A DNA stretch of 63,440 bases, counting the filler, from Ministeria vibrans ATCC 50519 (Eukaryota > Protista > Filasterea): the NCBI GenBank assembly GCA_943704425.1. It is 5 parts of 5 records of this genome, joined end to end, with 100 filler letters (N's around TTAATTAATTAA, not from the genome) between each part and the next. Parts side by side here need not be neighbours in the genome. Positions count along the whole stretch, not along the records: positions 1 to 19,090 come from CALSCP010001655.1; 4 more parts are not named here. One strand, 5' to 3'. This document shows, in pieces, positions 1 to 12,360 of the stretch (position 1 is the stretch's first letter; each line of letters begins with the position of its first letter). A model generated the notes under the pieces. That model was not told the DNA's origin. It saw only the letters and a list, made by a program, of their open reading frames with translations, and searched no databases. The position numbers and the translations under genes were made by a program.

Positions 1-123
1 CTCTTTTTTCCTTTTTTTTTTTTTTTTCCCTCTCACTCTCTCTCTCTCTCTCTCTCACTCACTCACTCCTCTCTCTCTCCCTTTCTCTCTCCCTTCCCTC
101 TCTCAAACCTCCTCTCGCCTTAC

Positions 124-201
124 CGACACAGAGACTCCATCCGGCAAGCTCTCATCAGCTGAGATGGTGATCCTGCGAGGCGTCGATTCAACGGCGCCCA
201 T
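124..201 (-). CDS. CHCHD3: MICOS subunit MIC19/CHCHD3-like, exon 1 only (remainder lies beyond window start)
   Basis: Manual translation MGAVESTPRRITISADESLPDGVSVS followed by a GTAAGG donor. The MGxxxS myristoylation motif plus RR(I/V)T and the downstream GVxxS resemble the animal CHCHD3 N-terminus. Not in the ORF track. Confidence 0.6.
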
Positions 202-293
202 TGCGATCTTAGCGAGAGAGAATAGAGTGAAAATTCCAACTTTTGATCATTCTTTCTTGGTTTTCTTTTATTATCTTTTTATTTTTATTTACA

Positions 294-1705
294 ATGTTTG
301 GCCACGGGTCACGTTCATCGCACAATCCTTATGGGTCAGGCAATGAGTTAATGGGACTGCGAGCGAAGCAGGTACATTCGAAAGAGAAGAAGAAGAAGAA
401 AGAAAAAAAAAAGTTCCCCCATCGAATTTGCTGTTTATTCGCATTCTCTACAGATATCGTCGTTACTCAGAGACTGCGCATACACGCGAGAGCTTGTGCG
501 CGACAGAGTACGCCGCTGAACGGCCTCGCCGGTCGTCCACACACACCACACTAAAACCCTTTCTCTCTTGCGACTCAGACGTACGAAGTTCCTTGCAGCG
601 TCAACGCCACCACACTCTACCTCAATGTACAGCTGCCCCCGTCGTTTCCCAACGACCCGCCAGTCATCACCGTCGCGCCCCCCGTTGCGCATTCTTGGGT
701 CGACTCGGTACGTTTATTGTATATTTTCTGCGTCTTCGTCTCATTTCTCTTCTCTCTTCTCTCTGACCTGTGTCGCTTTCTCCCCCGTAGCAAAACCGAA
801 TTGTTGGGCACTCCGACCTCCGCATGTGGTCTATCCACACATCCTTGGGTCGCGTTGTCGCAGAAATCATGACCGAATTCAAAAGACATCCTCCAACACA
901 AGCGTCCAAGTCAACCTCGTCGTCCGCTCCCGTCCCCCCGCAGCAATCCTATGGCGCCTTTGGACACTCCCCCACACCCCCACAAACACAAACACCACCA
1001 TCCTCTTCAGTCGCTCCCTCCAACACCACCGCCAGCAGCGGCAGTGGCAGCACCAGCAACAGCGCCACCACTGGCTCAGCCAATCGAGCAACGGCAGCCC
1101 AAGCCGAACTCGACCGCCTTCTCCCAACAATCCCTTCCTCTCTCCCATCACTCGGTGCACTTTCGGCCGAAGAACTCGATCGACTCCTCACAGACGACAC
1201 CGCCTTCGATGCCTTCTACGCAACCCTCCCCGAACCCACTCAGCTGCTGACTGCCACACGTGATCTCACTGACGCCCTCTCCTCCAAAATCACCCAACTT
1301 GACGCACAAGAGCCCCTCCTGCAAATCCAGGCAGACCGCATAGCCCAGCGCCACACAGCCTTGCAGACTGCATCAGACAAATACGATGCGCTCATGCAGC
1401 AGAGAAGAGCTCACGAACAGCGCTTCTCCTTTGACGTGCTCCTCACCAACCTCAGGTAAAACACAACACACCATCATACAATGTTGTTTAAAAAAAGAGA
1501 CGTACAATATAATAAATTGTTATGGTTTTATAGAGTGGCCACACAGGAAGCCGATGAAAAGTCCGACGACATTGTCAATGAGTTTCTGTCTGGGCAAATG
1601 GCCGACGATGAGTTTGTCAAACGCTTCCAAGCTCAGCGCGAAGAGTATAACACACGCGCAGCTAAAGTGGAGCGATGTGTCCTGACGCACGCAAATGCTC
1701 ACTGA
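294..1705 (+). CDS. VPS37A: ESCRT-I subunit VPS37A-like (N-terminal UEV-like domain + C-terminal Mod(r) domain), 5 exons
   Basis: Spliced exons give YEVPCSVNATTLYLNVQLPPSFPNDPPVITVAPPVAHSWVDS-QNRIVGHSDLRMWSIHTSLGRVV (UEV-like), a Pro/Ser linker, then LSAEELDRLL...ATQEADEKSDDIVNEFLSGQMADDEFVKRFQAQREEYNTRAAKVE (Mod_r). All introns GT-AG. Confidence 0.88.
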
Positions 1706-1849
1706 CGCACACACACACACATACACACACACACACACACACTAAGCCTTGCTCTATCACTTTGTTTCTTTCTTCCTCCACTTTCTCTTTCTTTGTACAC
1801 ATACACATACATTTACATTTCTCCCATCATGTTCTCTCTCTTTCTCTCT

Positions 1850-2806
1850 CTATTTTTTGTTTCCGTTGCGTATGTGACGATATAAGAGAAGGACTGTGAG
1901 AGCAGAGAGCAACGGGATCGCAATGAGCAGTGGCTGCGAGGACGTGAGGGAGACACGTGAAGAGGAATCGTCGTAGTGCCGACACACACTGGCACTGAGC
2001 AGCTGCGATGCAAGCGCCTGTTTGATGATGGTGTTGTAGTGGAGCCCATCTGTGGTGGTAGGTGGTGTGGCTGTATCGATGACTTTGCCAAAGGAGAAAA
2101 GTTGGATGGAGGGACCGAGTTGGCGCAGTCGCTGTTCGATGGCCCGGTTAAACTGCTCAATGAGCGCATTTCGCAAGTTTTTGCGTGCGTCCCACAGCTG
2201 CTCCTCAACCACGGGTCCTGGCAACATCCACACCACAGCTACGTTGGGGTGTCTGCGGGCGAGGCGCTCGAGTCGCTCGATGACTTGTGATCGTGAAACT
2301 GCCTCAAGAAACTCCCGAATGCTTTTCGCCTCGTCGCTCGCGTTGGTCTGCTTTATTCGCCACAGACTCGTCGAGAGAAGTACAAGTGCTCCTTCGTCAC
2401 ACAGACGCGCCTCAAGGTCATCAAATAGCGCTGAGGTGTTCAGCTGTTCGACATGAGCGAGCCATGAAAAGTGCAGCTCGAATCCCTGTCGTGTTGCAAC
2501 GCTCCGATCCGCATGCTTCGTCGACTCGTTGCGGTACTCGACAAAGGAAGCGTCCACCTGGCGTGCCATGGTCGCGTACAGCTCGCGTGCACGACTATCG
2601 CCCACCACAGCCACGACAAGATCACGTTGCGTAGAAGTGCCCGAACAACTCCGCTGCGCACACGTCTCCAACGGAGACGACGACCCACACGGGCCCTCCC
2701 AGTAAGCTCCCCCCTCTGTCCACTCGCCCACCTCTTGCTCCTCCAGACAGCGCGCCGAAACGAGCGCCAGGCGCAGGACGAGTGCCAATGCGAATCGTCC
2801 ACGCAT
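1850..2806 (-). CDS. Intronless SGNH-fold protein (CASD1 N-terminal / PC-esterase-like O-acetyltransferase or esterase), with signal peptide and C-terminal TM anchor
   Basis: Hydrophobic N-terminus MRGRFALALVLRLAL, VVGDSRARELY (GDS motif), DGLHY (DxxH), and a hydrophobic C-terminal helix followed by a basic tail. Confidence 0.75.
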   Translation of the reverse strand: MRGRFALALVLRLALVSARCLEEQEVGEWTEGGAYWEGPCGSSSPLETCAQRSCSGTSTQRDLVVAVVGDSRARELYATMARQVDASFVEYRNESTKHADRSVATRQGFELHFSWLAHVEQLNTSALFDDLEARLCDEGALVLLSTSLWRIKQTNASDEAKSIREFLEAVSRSQVIERLERLARRHPNVAVVWMLPGPVVEEQLWDARKNLRNALIEQFNRAIEQRLRQLGPSIQLFSFGKVIDTATPPTTTDGLHYNTIIKQALASQLLSASVCRHYDDSSSRVSLTSSQPLLIAIPLLSALTVLLLYRHIRNGNKK

Positions 2807-3070
2807 TCGAAAGGAGCACGAAAATGAGGACGTTCCGTCAGGAGATATCGCGATCGACAACACAGGTCAGCAACACGTATAGACGATGATTAACATTCAA
2901 CCAAAAGGTGTCCGTCGGTGAAAAACTCGACCTCAAAAAAAAATCAATGCAAATTTTATTATAAGCGCGCCAACGAATAGTCAATAGAGTTGACTCACTG
3001 AAAGGAGTCACAGAGACACCAACGAAGATCAGCTTTATTTCTCACCCCGCTCCACCACCTTGTCCTCGTT

Positions 3071-3493
3071 ATGACCGCATCTGCTACCATTGGCGAGGAT
3101 GAATTCACGCGCCCTGCGACCGTCGTGCTTGCTGACGGCTCGTCGTACCTTGGCACCTCCTTTGGCGCCGAACGAAGCGTTGCCGGCGAAGCCGTCTTCC
3201 AGACTGGTAACCACATTCCTTCAGCCAACCACTTGCTCATGCCGACTGCCCCCAATCGAGTCATACATCGCTTGTTTCCTCTCTTTTTCCCTTTTTTTTT
3301 TTCTCTCTCGCTCGTTCTGTGTGACTGGCTGTCCACGCGTGGATGGGTTTCCGCTCGAAATTCACCGCGCATCCTCACTCACTTGCGCCTGCATGCTGTT
3401 TCAAGTTGATTGTGAAAGAATTGGAGGCGGCGTTAAGTCTGGCAGCGAAACGCGTGGGATGAGTTTCTCCTGTCTTTTTTCGCTGTGTGTCTC

Positions 3494-3524
<31 letters not shown>

Positions 3525-6500
3525 GTCTCTCTCTCTCTCGCTCGCTCCCCTTCCTTGAAGGCCCTCTCTCCCTGTCAATGACACACACATGCATGCACAC
3601 ACACGCACACACACTCCTTGCCTTTCTCCTCTCCTTCTTCATCTGTCTCACATGATCATCCCAATCTTCTTTCTCATCTTCTTCCTCTCCTCTCCTTCAC
3701 TCCAGGCATGGTTGGGTACGCCGAGGCAATCACCGACCCGTCGTACGAGGGACAACTCTTGGTGATCACCTTCCCGCTCGTGGGCAACTACGGTGTACCA
3801 TCGCACGAGGAGTGCGATGCCAACGGCCTGCCACGGCACTTTGAGTCAAGCCGCATTCACGTTGCCGGCCTCATTGTGAGCGACTATTCGCTCAAACACA
3901 GTCACTGGCGTGCTGTCGAGTCCCTCTCCGAGTGGCTTCGTCGCGAGAATGTGCCGGCCGTGTTCAACGTCGACACGCGCGCGCTCACCAAGCGCATTCG
4001 CAACGAGGGTGTCATGCTCGGCAAGATTCTCATGGACGGCGATCCAACCGCTGCGACACTCGCCTTCTCGGACCCCAACGAACGCAACCTCGTCGCCGAG
4101 GTGAGCTGCAAGGAGCCACGCGTGTACTCGGCGCTCAACCCGGACGGCACCATCTTGACGGGCGAGCCCAAGGCACGTGTGCTCGCCGTCGACACCGGCA
4201 TGAAGTACAACCAGATCCGTTGTTTTGTGCGCCGCGGCATCGAGCTCAAGGTCGTGCCGTGGAACCACGACTTTGTTGCCGACACGTACACCCACGACGG
4301 TCTCTTCCTGAGCAACGGTCCCGGCGATCCCACCATGTGTCAGATCATCATTGACCGTCTCGCCGCACTCCTCAAGTCAGGCCCCACACGTCCCATCTTC
4401 GGTATTTGCCTGGGTCACCAGCTTCTCTCGCTCGCCGCCGGTGGCTCCACTGTCAAGCTCAAGTTTGGCAACCGTGGCCACAACATCCCGTGCGTGGACC
4501 GTCGCAGCGGACGCTGCTTCATCACCACCCAGAACCACGGCTATGCTGTCGATGCTGCGTCGCTCGACGCTGACACCTGGAGCGAACTCTTCTACAATGC
4601 CAACGACCAGACCAACGAGGGCATTATCCACCACTCGCTTCCCATCTTCTCTGTCCAGTTTCACCCCGAATCGGCCCCGGGTCCCCACGACACCGAGTTC
4701 CTCTTCGACTACTTTCTCGAGAGCATGCTCGCCTGTCGCGCCGCCGGCTCGCTCCAGGCCCTCCCGGCGCCCCCGCGCGTCCAGGCCGAACGCGTCGTTG
4801 CCTCCAAGGTGCTCATCCTTGGCTCGGGCGGCCTCAGCATTGGCCAAGCTGGTGAGTTTGACTACTCTGGCTCGCAGGCAATCAAGTCGCTCAAGGAGGA
4901 GGGCATCTCGACCGTCCTCATCAACCCCAACATTGCCACCATCCAGACGTCCGCCGGCCTTGCCGACAAGGTCTACTTCCTGCCCGTCACTCCCGAGTTT
5001 GTGCTGCGCGTCATTGACCGCGAACGTCCCGACGGCATCCTCGTCACGTTTGGTGGTCAGACCGCCCTCAACTGTGCCATCCAGATCAAGGAGGAGCTTG
5101 AGAAGCGCAATGTACGTGTGCTCGGCACAAAAATCTCAACCATCGAGTCGACCGAAGACCGCGAAGTGTTTGCCGAGAAAATGCGCGAGATCAACGAGCC
5201 CGTCGCCGTGTCCGAAGCGGCCGTCACTGTCGACGAGGCCATTGCGGCCGCCAACCGCATCGGCTACCCGGTCATCTGCCGTGCCGCTTTTGCCCTGGGT
5301 GGCCTCGGCTCCGGCTTTGCCAACAACGACGACGAGCTTCGCACACTTGCAACGCACGCCTTTGCCAACTCACCCCAGGTGCTCATTGAGCTCAGCATGA
5401 AGGGCTGGAAGGAGGTTGAGTACGAGGTGGTCCGCGACTGCGTCAACAACTGCATCACCGTCTGCAACATGGAGAACTTTGACCCGCTCGGTATTCACAC
5501 CGGTGACTCCATTGTCGTTGCTCCCTCGCAGGTATATTACCCTGACGAATCCCAAATGCCTTTGACTTGACATATGTTTGTTCTTTTCAAGACACTTTCT
5601 GATCGTGAGTACCACCTTCTGCGTGACTCGTCCATCAAGTGCATCCGTCACCTTGGTGTCGTTGGTGAGTGCAACATCCAGTTTGCTCTCGACCCCAACA
5701 GCGAACGCTACTGCATCATCGAAGTTAATGCGCGTCTGAGCCGTTCGTCGGCCCTCGCCAGCAAGGCTACCGGCTATCCTCTTGCCTTTGTCGCCGCCAA
5801 GCTCGCCCTCAACATCACACTTCCCGAGGTATTGTTTTTATTTTTTCTTTTGTCGGTTTGTTTGCTGCATCTCAAACTCATATCAATGCATCCTCACTCT
5901 TTGATGGTCTCTTTCATTTCGTGTGCGTGTGTGTAGATCAAGAACGCGGTGACACGTGTGACGTGCGCCTGCTTTGAGCCAAGTCTCGACTACATTGTGT
6001 GCAAGTTTCCGCGTTGGGACCTCAAGAAATTCGATCGTGTCAGCACCAAGATTTCGTCGTCGATGAAGAGTGTCGGCGAAGTCATGAGCATCTCGCGGTC
6101 CTTCGAGGAGGGCCTTCAGAAGGCAATTCGTGCGCTCGACGACAGTTTTGATGGTTTCATTGGCGACGACAAGCTCGAACTGACGGCGTCCCAGGTCGAC
6201 GATGAGCTTCGCAATCCCACGGACCAGCGTGTGTTTGTGATTGCTCGTGCCATGGAGCACGACAAGGCGACTGTCGACCAGATCCACGAACTCACCAAGA
6301 TTGACAAGTGGTTCCTTCACAAGCTGGAGCGTGTCGTCAATTTGCGTCGCACTCTGCGTCAGACCGCCGAGAAGCACTCGGGGGCAGCGCACGACGACTC
6401 CACCGGTGTGCTGTCTCACGCCACTTTGTCGCCGGCTCTGTTGCGTCTCGCCAAACAACTGGGTTTCAGTGATCGCCAGGTGGCGCGTGCCGTCTCGTCG

Positions 6501-9500
6501 ACGGAGCTTGCGGTGCGTGCGCGCCGTGTCGACATGGGTCTCATGCCGTGCGTCAAGCAAATTGACACGGTCGCCGCTGAGTTTCCCGCCTTCACCAACT
6601 ACCTTTACACGACCTTTTCGGGCAGCGAGTCTGATGTCACCTTTGACACGACCACCGCTCCCATTGTTGTGCTGGGCTCGGGCGTCTACCGCATTGGATC
6701 GTCGGTCGAGTTTGACTGGTGTGCCGTGCGTGCAATTCGCACTCTGCGCGCCGCCGGTCGTTCTACCATCATGGTCAATTACAATCCGGAGACGGTGAGC
6801 ACCGACTACGACGAGGCGGACCGTCTTTACTTTGAGAACATCACGCTGGAGACCGTGCTCGACATTACGACGCTTGAGTCAGCCGGCGGTGTCATCATCA
6901 GCATGGGTGGTCAGGTGCCCAACAACATTGCGATGCCTTTGTCACGTCAGAACGTGCGCATTCTCGGCACGAGTCCCATCCAGATTGACATGGCGGAGAA
7001 CCGCTACAAGTTTAGTCGTCTGCTGGACTCGATGGGCGTGCAGCAGCCCCAGTGGAAAGAGCTTACCCAGCTTGAGGAGGCGGCCAGCTTCTGCGAGCGC
7101 GTCAGTTATCCGGTCCTTGTGCGTCCCTCTTACGTGCTCAGTGGCGCCGCCATGGCCGTCGTACACTCGTACGACGACCTCAGTATGTACCTTGGCGAGG
7201 CAGTGCGTGTCTCACGCGAACATCCCGTCGTCATCAGCAAGTACATTGGCGAAGCCAAGGAGATTGACGTCGACTGCGTTGCCCACGACGGCAAACTTGT
7301 CATGCACCTTGTGTCCGAGCACGTTGAGAATGCCGGTGTGCACTCTGGTGACGCGACTCTCCTTCAAGTAAAAAAAAAAAAAACACGAAGTTCACTATCT
7401 CATTCCTTTTTTTGTTTTTTTTTATAATTATATTGTACTTTTAGCCCCCTCAAGATTTGGATGACGAGACCAAGGAGAAGCTGCATGTGGCGACGGCACG
7501 CATTGTTAAGGCACTGCACGTGACGGGCCCATGCAACATTCAGTTTATTGCGAAGAACAAGGATATTCTGGTGATTGAGTGCAACGTGCGTGCCTCTCGT
7601 TCCTTCCCGTTTGTCTCCAAGACGAGTGGCGTCGACATGATCGAGCTGGCGACGCAGGTCATGTGCGGCCTGCCGTACACTCCCTATCCGTTGCGCAACT
7701 ACCCGCGTCCCGGCTACGTCGGCGTCAAGGTGCCCATGTTCTCCTTCTCGCGTCTGCAAGGTGCCGATCCCGTCATGGGTGTCGAAATGGCCAGCACCGG
7801 TGAGGTGGCGTGTTTTGGCAAGGACCGCTACGAGGCGTACCTCAAGGCGCTTTTTGCCACCGGCTTCAAGATGCCCCCGCCCAAGGGCAATATTCTGCTG
7901 AGTATTGGTCTCTTCCGCGAGAAGGCCGAGTTCCTTGCCTCCGTCCGCAAGCTCCACGACATGGGATTCCAGATTTTTGCCACGCCTGGTACCTCAGACT
8001 ACTACTGCGAACACGGAGTAAGAAGGAAGAAAGATAGAATACAAAAATGATTCACCGTGAAAACTCATACATTCGTCGTACTTTTTTTTTTGGTCGTTTA
8101 CCGTGTTTGTAGATTCCGGTGAAGCCTGTGGACTTTCTGGGACAGGGAAATGAGAACGAGCTGTTGGAGGAGAGCAACTACTCGCTGGTGCAGAAGCTGT
8201 CGCAGCACATGATTGACATGTACGTGTGTCTGCCGAGCCAGAACAGCCACCGTCGTCCCGGTTCGTACATGAGCCGTGGCTATGTGACGCGTCGTCTCGC
8301 TGTCGACCGACAGATTCCGCTCATTACGAACATCAAGTGTGCCAAGCTGCTTATTGAGGGCATGAGCCGCTTTTCGACGAGTGCATCGCTGCCTATTTCG
8401 CAGCTGGACTGCCAGGGCTCGGCGCCCATGGAGCACATGGTGGCGCCTGTGAACCTGTGTCCGCTGACCAAGGAGAGCGATGCCATTGCTGCCGCCAAGG
8501 GTGGCTTTGGCCTGGTCTCCTTTGTTGATACGGTCGGCTCGGAAGAGTCGCTGGCGGCCATGCGAACACAGCTCGCGAGCGGTCCCTGTGACTATGCGCT
8601 GTTTGTGTCGTGGAGCAGCAAGAATACGCGAATTCTGAGTGTCTCGCGCACTGCCGGTGTCCTTGTGGACTTGTACTTGCCGGAGACGACGGCCCGCCTC
8701 GAGCTCGAGGGACCCTCGTCGCTTGCGAATGCCATGCGTGCGTGTTTTGATGCGGAACGACCTGTGTTTGTGCGCGCTACAGGCAGTCGCCTTGCAGCGG
8801 CGCTTATGTGTGCGCAAATGGCTGCGGCACAGAGCGATGCGTCGTGTCGTGTCCATGTGTCGCAGGTGCGCACACACGCTGATCTTGAACTGGTGCAGCA
8901 GGTGCGCTTCTGCGTGAGCGAGCTGCCACTGAGCATTACCTGCGACGTTGATCCCATTTTGCTGATGCTGGAGAGCGACGAGGCTGTGCAGGCGTACGCC
9001 AAGGCGAGTGTTGGTCCGGCGCCGACACTGCAAGATGTGCAGGCGATGTGGACTATGCTGAGTGCCATTGACTGTTTCGCGACGGGCGCGCGTCAGGCCG
9101 AGCTGGCGCTCACGGTGGTCATGGGTGCTGTGGCGGCCGAGCGACTCACGGTGGACCAGGTGGTGGAGCGCATGCACCGCAACCCTCTTCGCGTGTTGGG
9201 TGTGAGCGCCGTGCGGGGCTCACAGGTGGAGATGGCGCGCACGAGCGGCATTGCGCTGGAGGGGGCGGTGCGCACCGGCGCGAAGGTGGAGCGTTTGAGC
9301 GTACGTGGTGAGACTATGGTGTCGAACGGTGTGGTGATTGCAGGTCAACTGGCGGCACTCGACTGTCACTCGCTCGCCTACCGCAACAGCGGCACCGAGG
9401 ACGAGCTCACTAACGAGTCGGCGACGAGTGTTCCGCGCAAGTCACCGAGCCACGTTCGCATTCGTCTTGGCTCGTCCACATCGAGTGCTCTTGATGGGAG

Positions 9501-10795
9501 TATCTCGATGCTTTCGTCGTCGTCCACGGCTGCCGCAGCAGCCGGTGCCCTTGGCTCTTCTGCTACTGCATTGTCGTCGTCGGGCGCCGCCGCGGTGGCC
9601 ATGGCGTCAGCGAGCGACTTGACAGAGGCGAGTGCGTCGCTGCCTCAGCGTCACATGCTTACGGTGAAGGGCATCACGCGTGGGAATTTGCATGCGCTTT
9701 TCCGCTCTGCTTCTGAAATGCGCACCATGTTTGAGCGTCAGGGAACTGTTGACTTTCTCAAGAACCGCATTTTGGCGACGTTGTTTTACGAGCCATCGAC
9801 GCGCACGCAGTGCTCGTTTGTTGCGGCCATGCAGCGTCTTGGGGGCCAGTGCATTGACGTGTCGCCATCGACGTCGAGCATCCAGAAGGGCGAGTCTCTG
9901 GCGGACACAGTGCGCTGTGTCGAGTGCTACGCTGACGCAATTGTGGTGCGTCACCCGACGCCCGGTAGTGTGCAAGAGGCGGCCAAGCACGCGAGTGTGC
10001 CTGTGATTAACGGTGGTGATGGCATTGGTGAGCACCCTACGCAGGCGCTTTTGGATCTGTTCACGATTCGTGAGGAGCTCGGCACAGTCAACGGTCTCAC
10101 AGTGACCTTTGTGGGTGACCTGCTCAACGGACGAACGTGCCACTCACTTGTGCAGCTGCTCCTGCTCTACCATGTCAAGCTCAACTTTGTGTCGCACGCA
10201 TCGCTCTGCATGCCCGACGATGTGCAGGCGGCTGTTGATGCCAGCGGCGTGACGAGCACGCGCACCGAGCGCCTTACTGACGTCCTTGCCCAGACTGACG
10301 TGCTCTATGTCACCCGTGTGCAAAAGGAGCGATTTGCATCGTAAGAGAGAAGAAAGGAAAGAAAGAGAGTATGATCTACTGACCTGTCTATTTGTTTGTT
10401 TGGTNNNNNNNNNNNNNNNNNNNNNNNNNNCCCTTGTATCATTTTGTTTCTTTCTCTATCACTTGTATCATTTTGTTTCTTTCTCTATCACTTGTATCAT
10501 TTTGTTTCTCTCTCATTTTGTTTCTCTCTCTATCACTTTATTTCCCTCTCCATATATCTGTAGTGAGGAGGAGTACAACCGTGTGAGGGACGTGTTCAAG
10601 ATCACGCCAGCAGTGCTGCAGGGGGCCAAGCAGAAGTGCATTGTGATGCACCCTTTGCCGCGTGTCGACGAAATCAGTCCTGAGGTCGACTACGACCCCC
10701 GCGCCGTGTACTTCCGCCAGATGAAGTACGGTCTCTATGTTCGTGCTGCGCTACTCTATGCCATGCTTGGTGGACCCAACAAGCTTGATTTTTGA
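3071..10795 (+). CDS. URA2: URA2/CAD-type multienzyme: glutaminase + carbamoyl-phosphate synthetase + degenerate dihydroorotase-like domain + aspartate transcarbamylase, 7 exons
   Basis: Exons ~3071-3206, 3707-5531, 5592-5828, 5937-7367, 7446-8017, 8113-10340, 10564-10795. Motifs: SNGPGDP, GICLGHQ and QFHPE (GATase); [36 protein letters not shown] and STGEV (CPS); [16 protein letters not shown] and MHPLPR (ATCase). Confidence 0.97.
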
Positions 10796-10923
10796 ACAAA
10801 CAATCAAACAAGAAAAAAAAATCAAAAGAGAGAGAGAGAACGATTCGCGAATCGGAGAGAGCCAAAAAAAAAAACAATACATTTTTTTTTCCTTTTTTAC
10901 ATTTTTATAACATGGAAATGATA

Positions 10924-12267
10924 TTAAGAGTGTACAGTGGTGGTGGGGCGACAGAGGACTTGGCAGACGTCGGCGAAAAACTCGGCGACGACAGGGTCGG
11001 ACTCGGTGCGCTTGACGGGCTGGACGGTGACGAGCGACACAGATGGATCGATGCGGCGGAGGAAGAAGGAAGCGTGGGCGCGGGGGTCGTCGAAGAAGAC
11101 GGTGGTAGTGGTGGAGAGAGCGCTGGAGTGGTCGAGGAGAAGCGAAATGATGCTGGGCCAGTGAGTAGGTGGCGGAGGGCAGGAAGGAAGGGCGACGAGG
11201 GCCGGGAAGGAGCGCATTCCGGTGGGCGGGTCGTATTCACTCATGGGCGCACCGTAGCCGGTGGTGGGGTGGAATCCGGTCGTGTTTGCGGATGTGTGGT
11301 AGATGAGAGCGGTGAGAAGGGCGTCACTGCGTTTGTGGAAGGCACGGAAGCGATGCCAGAGATGGGAGGTTTGTACGACGGCAGGATTGACTTTGAGCTC
11401 GGCAGGTGTCGCTTCGAGGAAGGTACTGAGGATAGGGCGAAAGTAAAGCTTGGCACGAGCCGAGATGGTGGCAAGCCAGGCCTTGACAAAAGCATGGAAA
11501 ACAGTGGGTGGCTGGGACGGCTGCGAGGCGCGACCCTTTGGGTCACGACAAAAGCTGCACCACTCGGCAAAACGATCTGTTGCATGAAGCACCTGGCAGG
11601 TGGTGCTAGGCAGATCGTACTGCTGGACGGCCGCTTCGGCATGCAGGACGGCCAAAAGGGTGTCGCACTCGAGGAGAAAGAGACGCGAGAAGTGAGAGAG
11701 CCAACGGTCCGTGAGCGTTTCGTGGTGCTTGCCCTTGGCGACTTCGACGGAGCGAACCAGGTCGTGGATATGCTCGGCCGAGAGTTCGCGTTCGCCAAAC
11801 GACAGAACGTTCTGGAAGGTGTCGCGACGCGCAAGCATGATGCTGCGGGCGACGCGACACGCCCGTTCCGACAAGGGCTGCGCAACGGTCGTGGCGTAGA
11901 TGGCGTCGATGATTGCGTCCGCCTCGAGGTGGACATTGGTCAGCGCTGCGCCTTTCTTGTGGTCCATGTAGCTCATGGACATGTACGTCGTCTCGGCTTC
12001 GCACAACCGGAGAAGGAGAGGCTGGGGAGGAGGCGAGAGTGAGTGAGTGAGTGGCGACCAGAGTCAAGCTGACGGACTTACTTGGCAAGGCTCGGCTCGC
12101 AGTAGACTTCCTCGCAATAGTCGGTGAGCAAGCGTGTATTCGCAGCGGGAGAGAGCAAGGACCGTGTCGGCCACGGCACTCTCGACTGCCTCACTATTTC
12201 GAGACTCCATCATCATTACTGCCATTTGCGCAGCGTCGCCCGCCCCCGTTGCCTTCCGTTTGAACAT
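10924..12267 (-). CDS. KICS2: KICSTOR subunit 2 (C12orf66/DUF2003)-like, 2 exons; start could be any Met between ~12210 and 12267
   Basis: LCEAETTYMSMSY, AKLYFRPIL and YDPPTGMRSFPALVALPSCPPPPTHWPSIISLL...FFLRRIDPSVSLV resemble C12orf66 family motifs. GTAAGT...CCCCAG intron at about 12081-12022. Confidence 0.8.
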
Positions 12268-12360
12268 GCCCTGGCGAGCTACGACACCCAGGGGGTCTCT
12301 AAAGTTGATGCAAGGCGAGTAAGCGAGTGTTTTTGATAATTTGATTTCGCCCCTGTAGAG

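Noticed and set aside
10792-12042. 416-aa plus-strand ORF and other long antisense ORFs (e.g. 8098-9177, 4351-5400)
   Set aside because: Shadow or alternate frames of GC-rich coding exons (KICS2, URA2) with no recognisable motifs.
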